Positions 63,132 through 64,000 of a stretch of 64,000 bases of DNA are shown in pieces. The stretch's first letter is position 1, and the number at the start of each line of letters is the position of its first letter. Source of the DNA: Marsupella aquatica. Taxonomy: Eukaryota; Plantae; Marchantiophyta. The notes beneath the pieces were generated by a model. The model did no database searches, had not been told where the DNA came from, and was given only the letters and a program-made list of their open reading frames with translations. The DNA is taken from assembly GCA_973895155.1 (NCBI GenBank), contig OZ316891.1:28277145-28341144 (forward strand), written 5' to 3'. Made by a program: the position numbers and the translations under genes.

Positions 63132-64000
63132 ATGGGTCGATCAAATTCTAGTGAAAAGAAATTGCAATTCCATCTGCAGCAAGAACGTAAAGAATTCTTC
63201 GGACTTCCACCTCTCGAGGAAACTCCTCCTACTTCTCCTCAAAGTAATCCTAGATTCTCAACTGGAGCTGACAGCGACTACGGAAGGCTTTGGACACATG
63301 CTAGTGCGCCCAACTCTCCTGCGAATCTAGCCCATAACTTGAATATCAGCTACCGCGGTGGGGATTCTTCTCCTGTGGCTCTAGTCCATTCCTTGAGTGT
63401 AGGGAAACGGGGGAAGCATCCCAGCCAACTCTCAGATATATCCCATGCCTCTCCTCCAAGGTCTAGCAGTCTTGACCACGACGTGCTCGGCGTAAAGTCG
63501 GAGGACATGACATCTTCCCCATCCAAGACGACGCCCTCCTTAAAACCGAACGGATTGCCAATTGTTCATCATGATGAGGAACAAGGTAGGCCATCAGTTT
63601 TCTTAGTATTACCTTAATTGCTTATAGTGGGGACGAACAGATGAAATACCTCTTTGAGGTCAATGCACCTATTCCAGCCCCGTAGATCTATAATTTGTTA
63701 TACCGGGAATGGTAGACATTCATAAGCACGGACAGGAATGTGTCCAGGATGCAATTCTCTTTGTCATCAGTCATCTGATTGGACACGCGCTTACAGATTC
63801 GTATTCAGCGCTTCGAGATGCATATTCTGGTCCTTACTTTAGTGAGCCGTTGTTTCTTGCAGGGGTGTGGAGGTGCGGAAGTTGTGGTTGGATTTATCCT
63901 AATCCGAATCCCAGTTTGCGCAATCGACGACAGCATAAGCAGCACTGTGGAGAAATCAGCAATGTGCAGCGCTGGCTGGGTGCACAAGACATCAGGGATG
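63132..64000 (+). CDS. 5' part of a plant CxxCGWxYPNP...HxxxC zinc-finger protein gene; exon ends 63585, next exon 63863 to window end
   Basis: Phase-1 splice GAACAAG|GTAGG...TTGCAG|GG gives HHDEEQGVWRCGSCGWIYPNPNPSLRNRRQHKQHCGEI, resembling the plant CxxCGWxFPNPHPSAxHRRAHKxxCG motif. The start codon is uncertain. Confidence 0.7.

Overview
Eukaryotic nuclear DNA from a land plant, probably a liverwort or other bryophyte. This is inferred from a plant-type 18S fragment, GT-AG introns and a hydrolase-NBS-LRR locus. The window is TE-rich. Host genes are an intact 4-exon TRICHOME BIREFRINGENCE-LIKE O-acetyltransferase (30500-35618, +), a damaged alpha/beta-hydrolase-NB-ARC-LRR immune gene (37197-40825, -) and the 5' part of a CxxCGWxYPNP zinc-finger gene running off the right edge. 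Mobile DNA includes two full-length Ty1/copia elements of one family in head-to-head orientation (44437-51761 -, 53719-60301 +), each with LTRs, tRNA-iMet PBS, PPT and 5-bp TSD. They are nested in a hAT transposase and in stacked TIR elements. There is also a 5'-truncated RLE (CRE-like) non-LTR retrotransposon with an 11-bp TSD, tRNA-derived SINEs, MITEs and minisatellites. The most unusual items are four. (1) A near-identical 3.1-kb direct repeat pair (3244-6412, 15437-18551) brackets a 9-kb mosaic. (2) That mosaic holds an intact, intronless bacterial-toxin-type His-Me (Endonuclease_NS_2-like) nuclease ORF. It is preceded by a repeat/variable-linker array and sits tail-to-tail with a Harbinger-type Myb/SANT gene that lacks its DDE partner. 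(3) An in-frame TGA sits at the gag-pol junction of both divergent copia elements, suggesting recoding. (4) One copia U3 carries an 18-bp MYB/ABRE-like tandem array. All calls are by eye; no database searches were run and identities are visual estimates.
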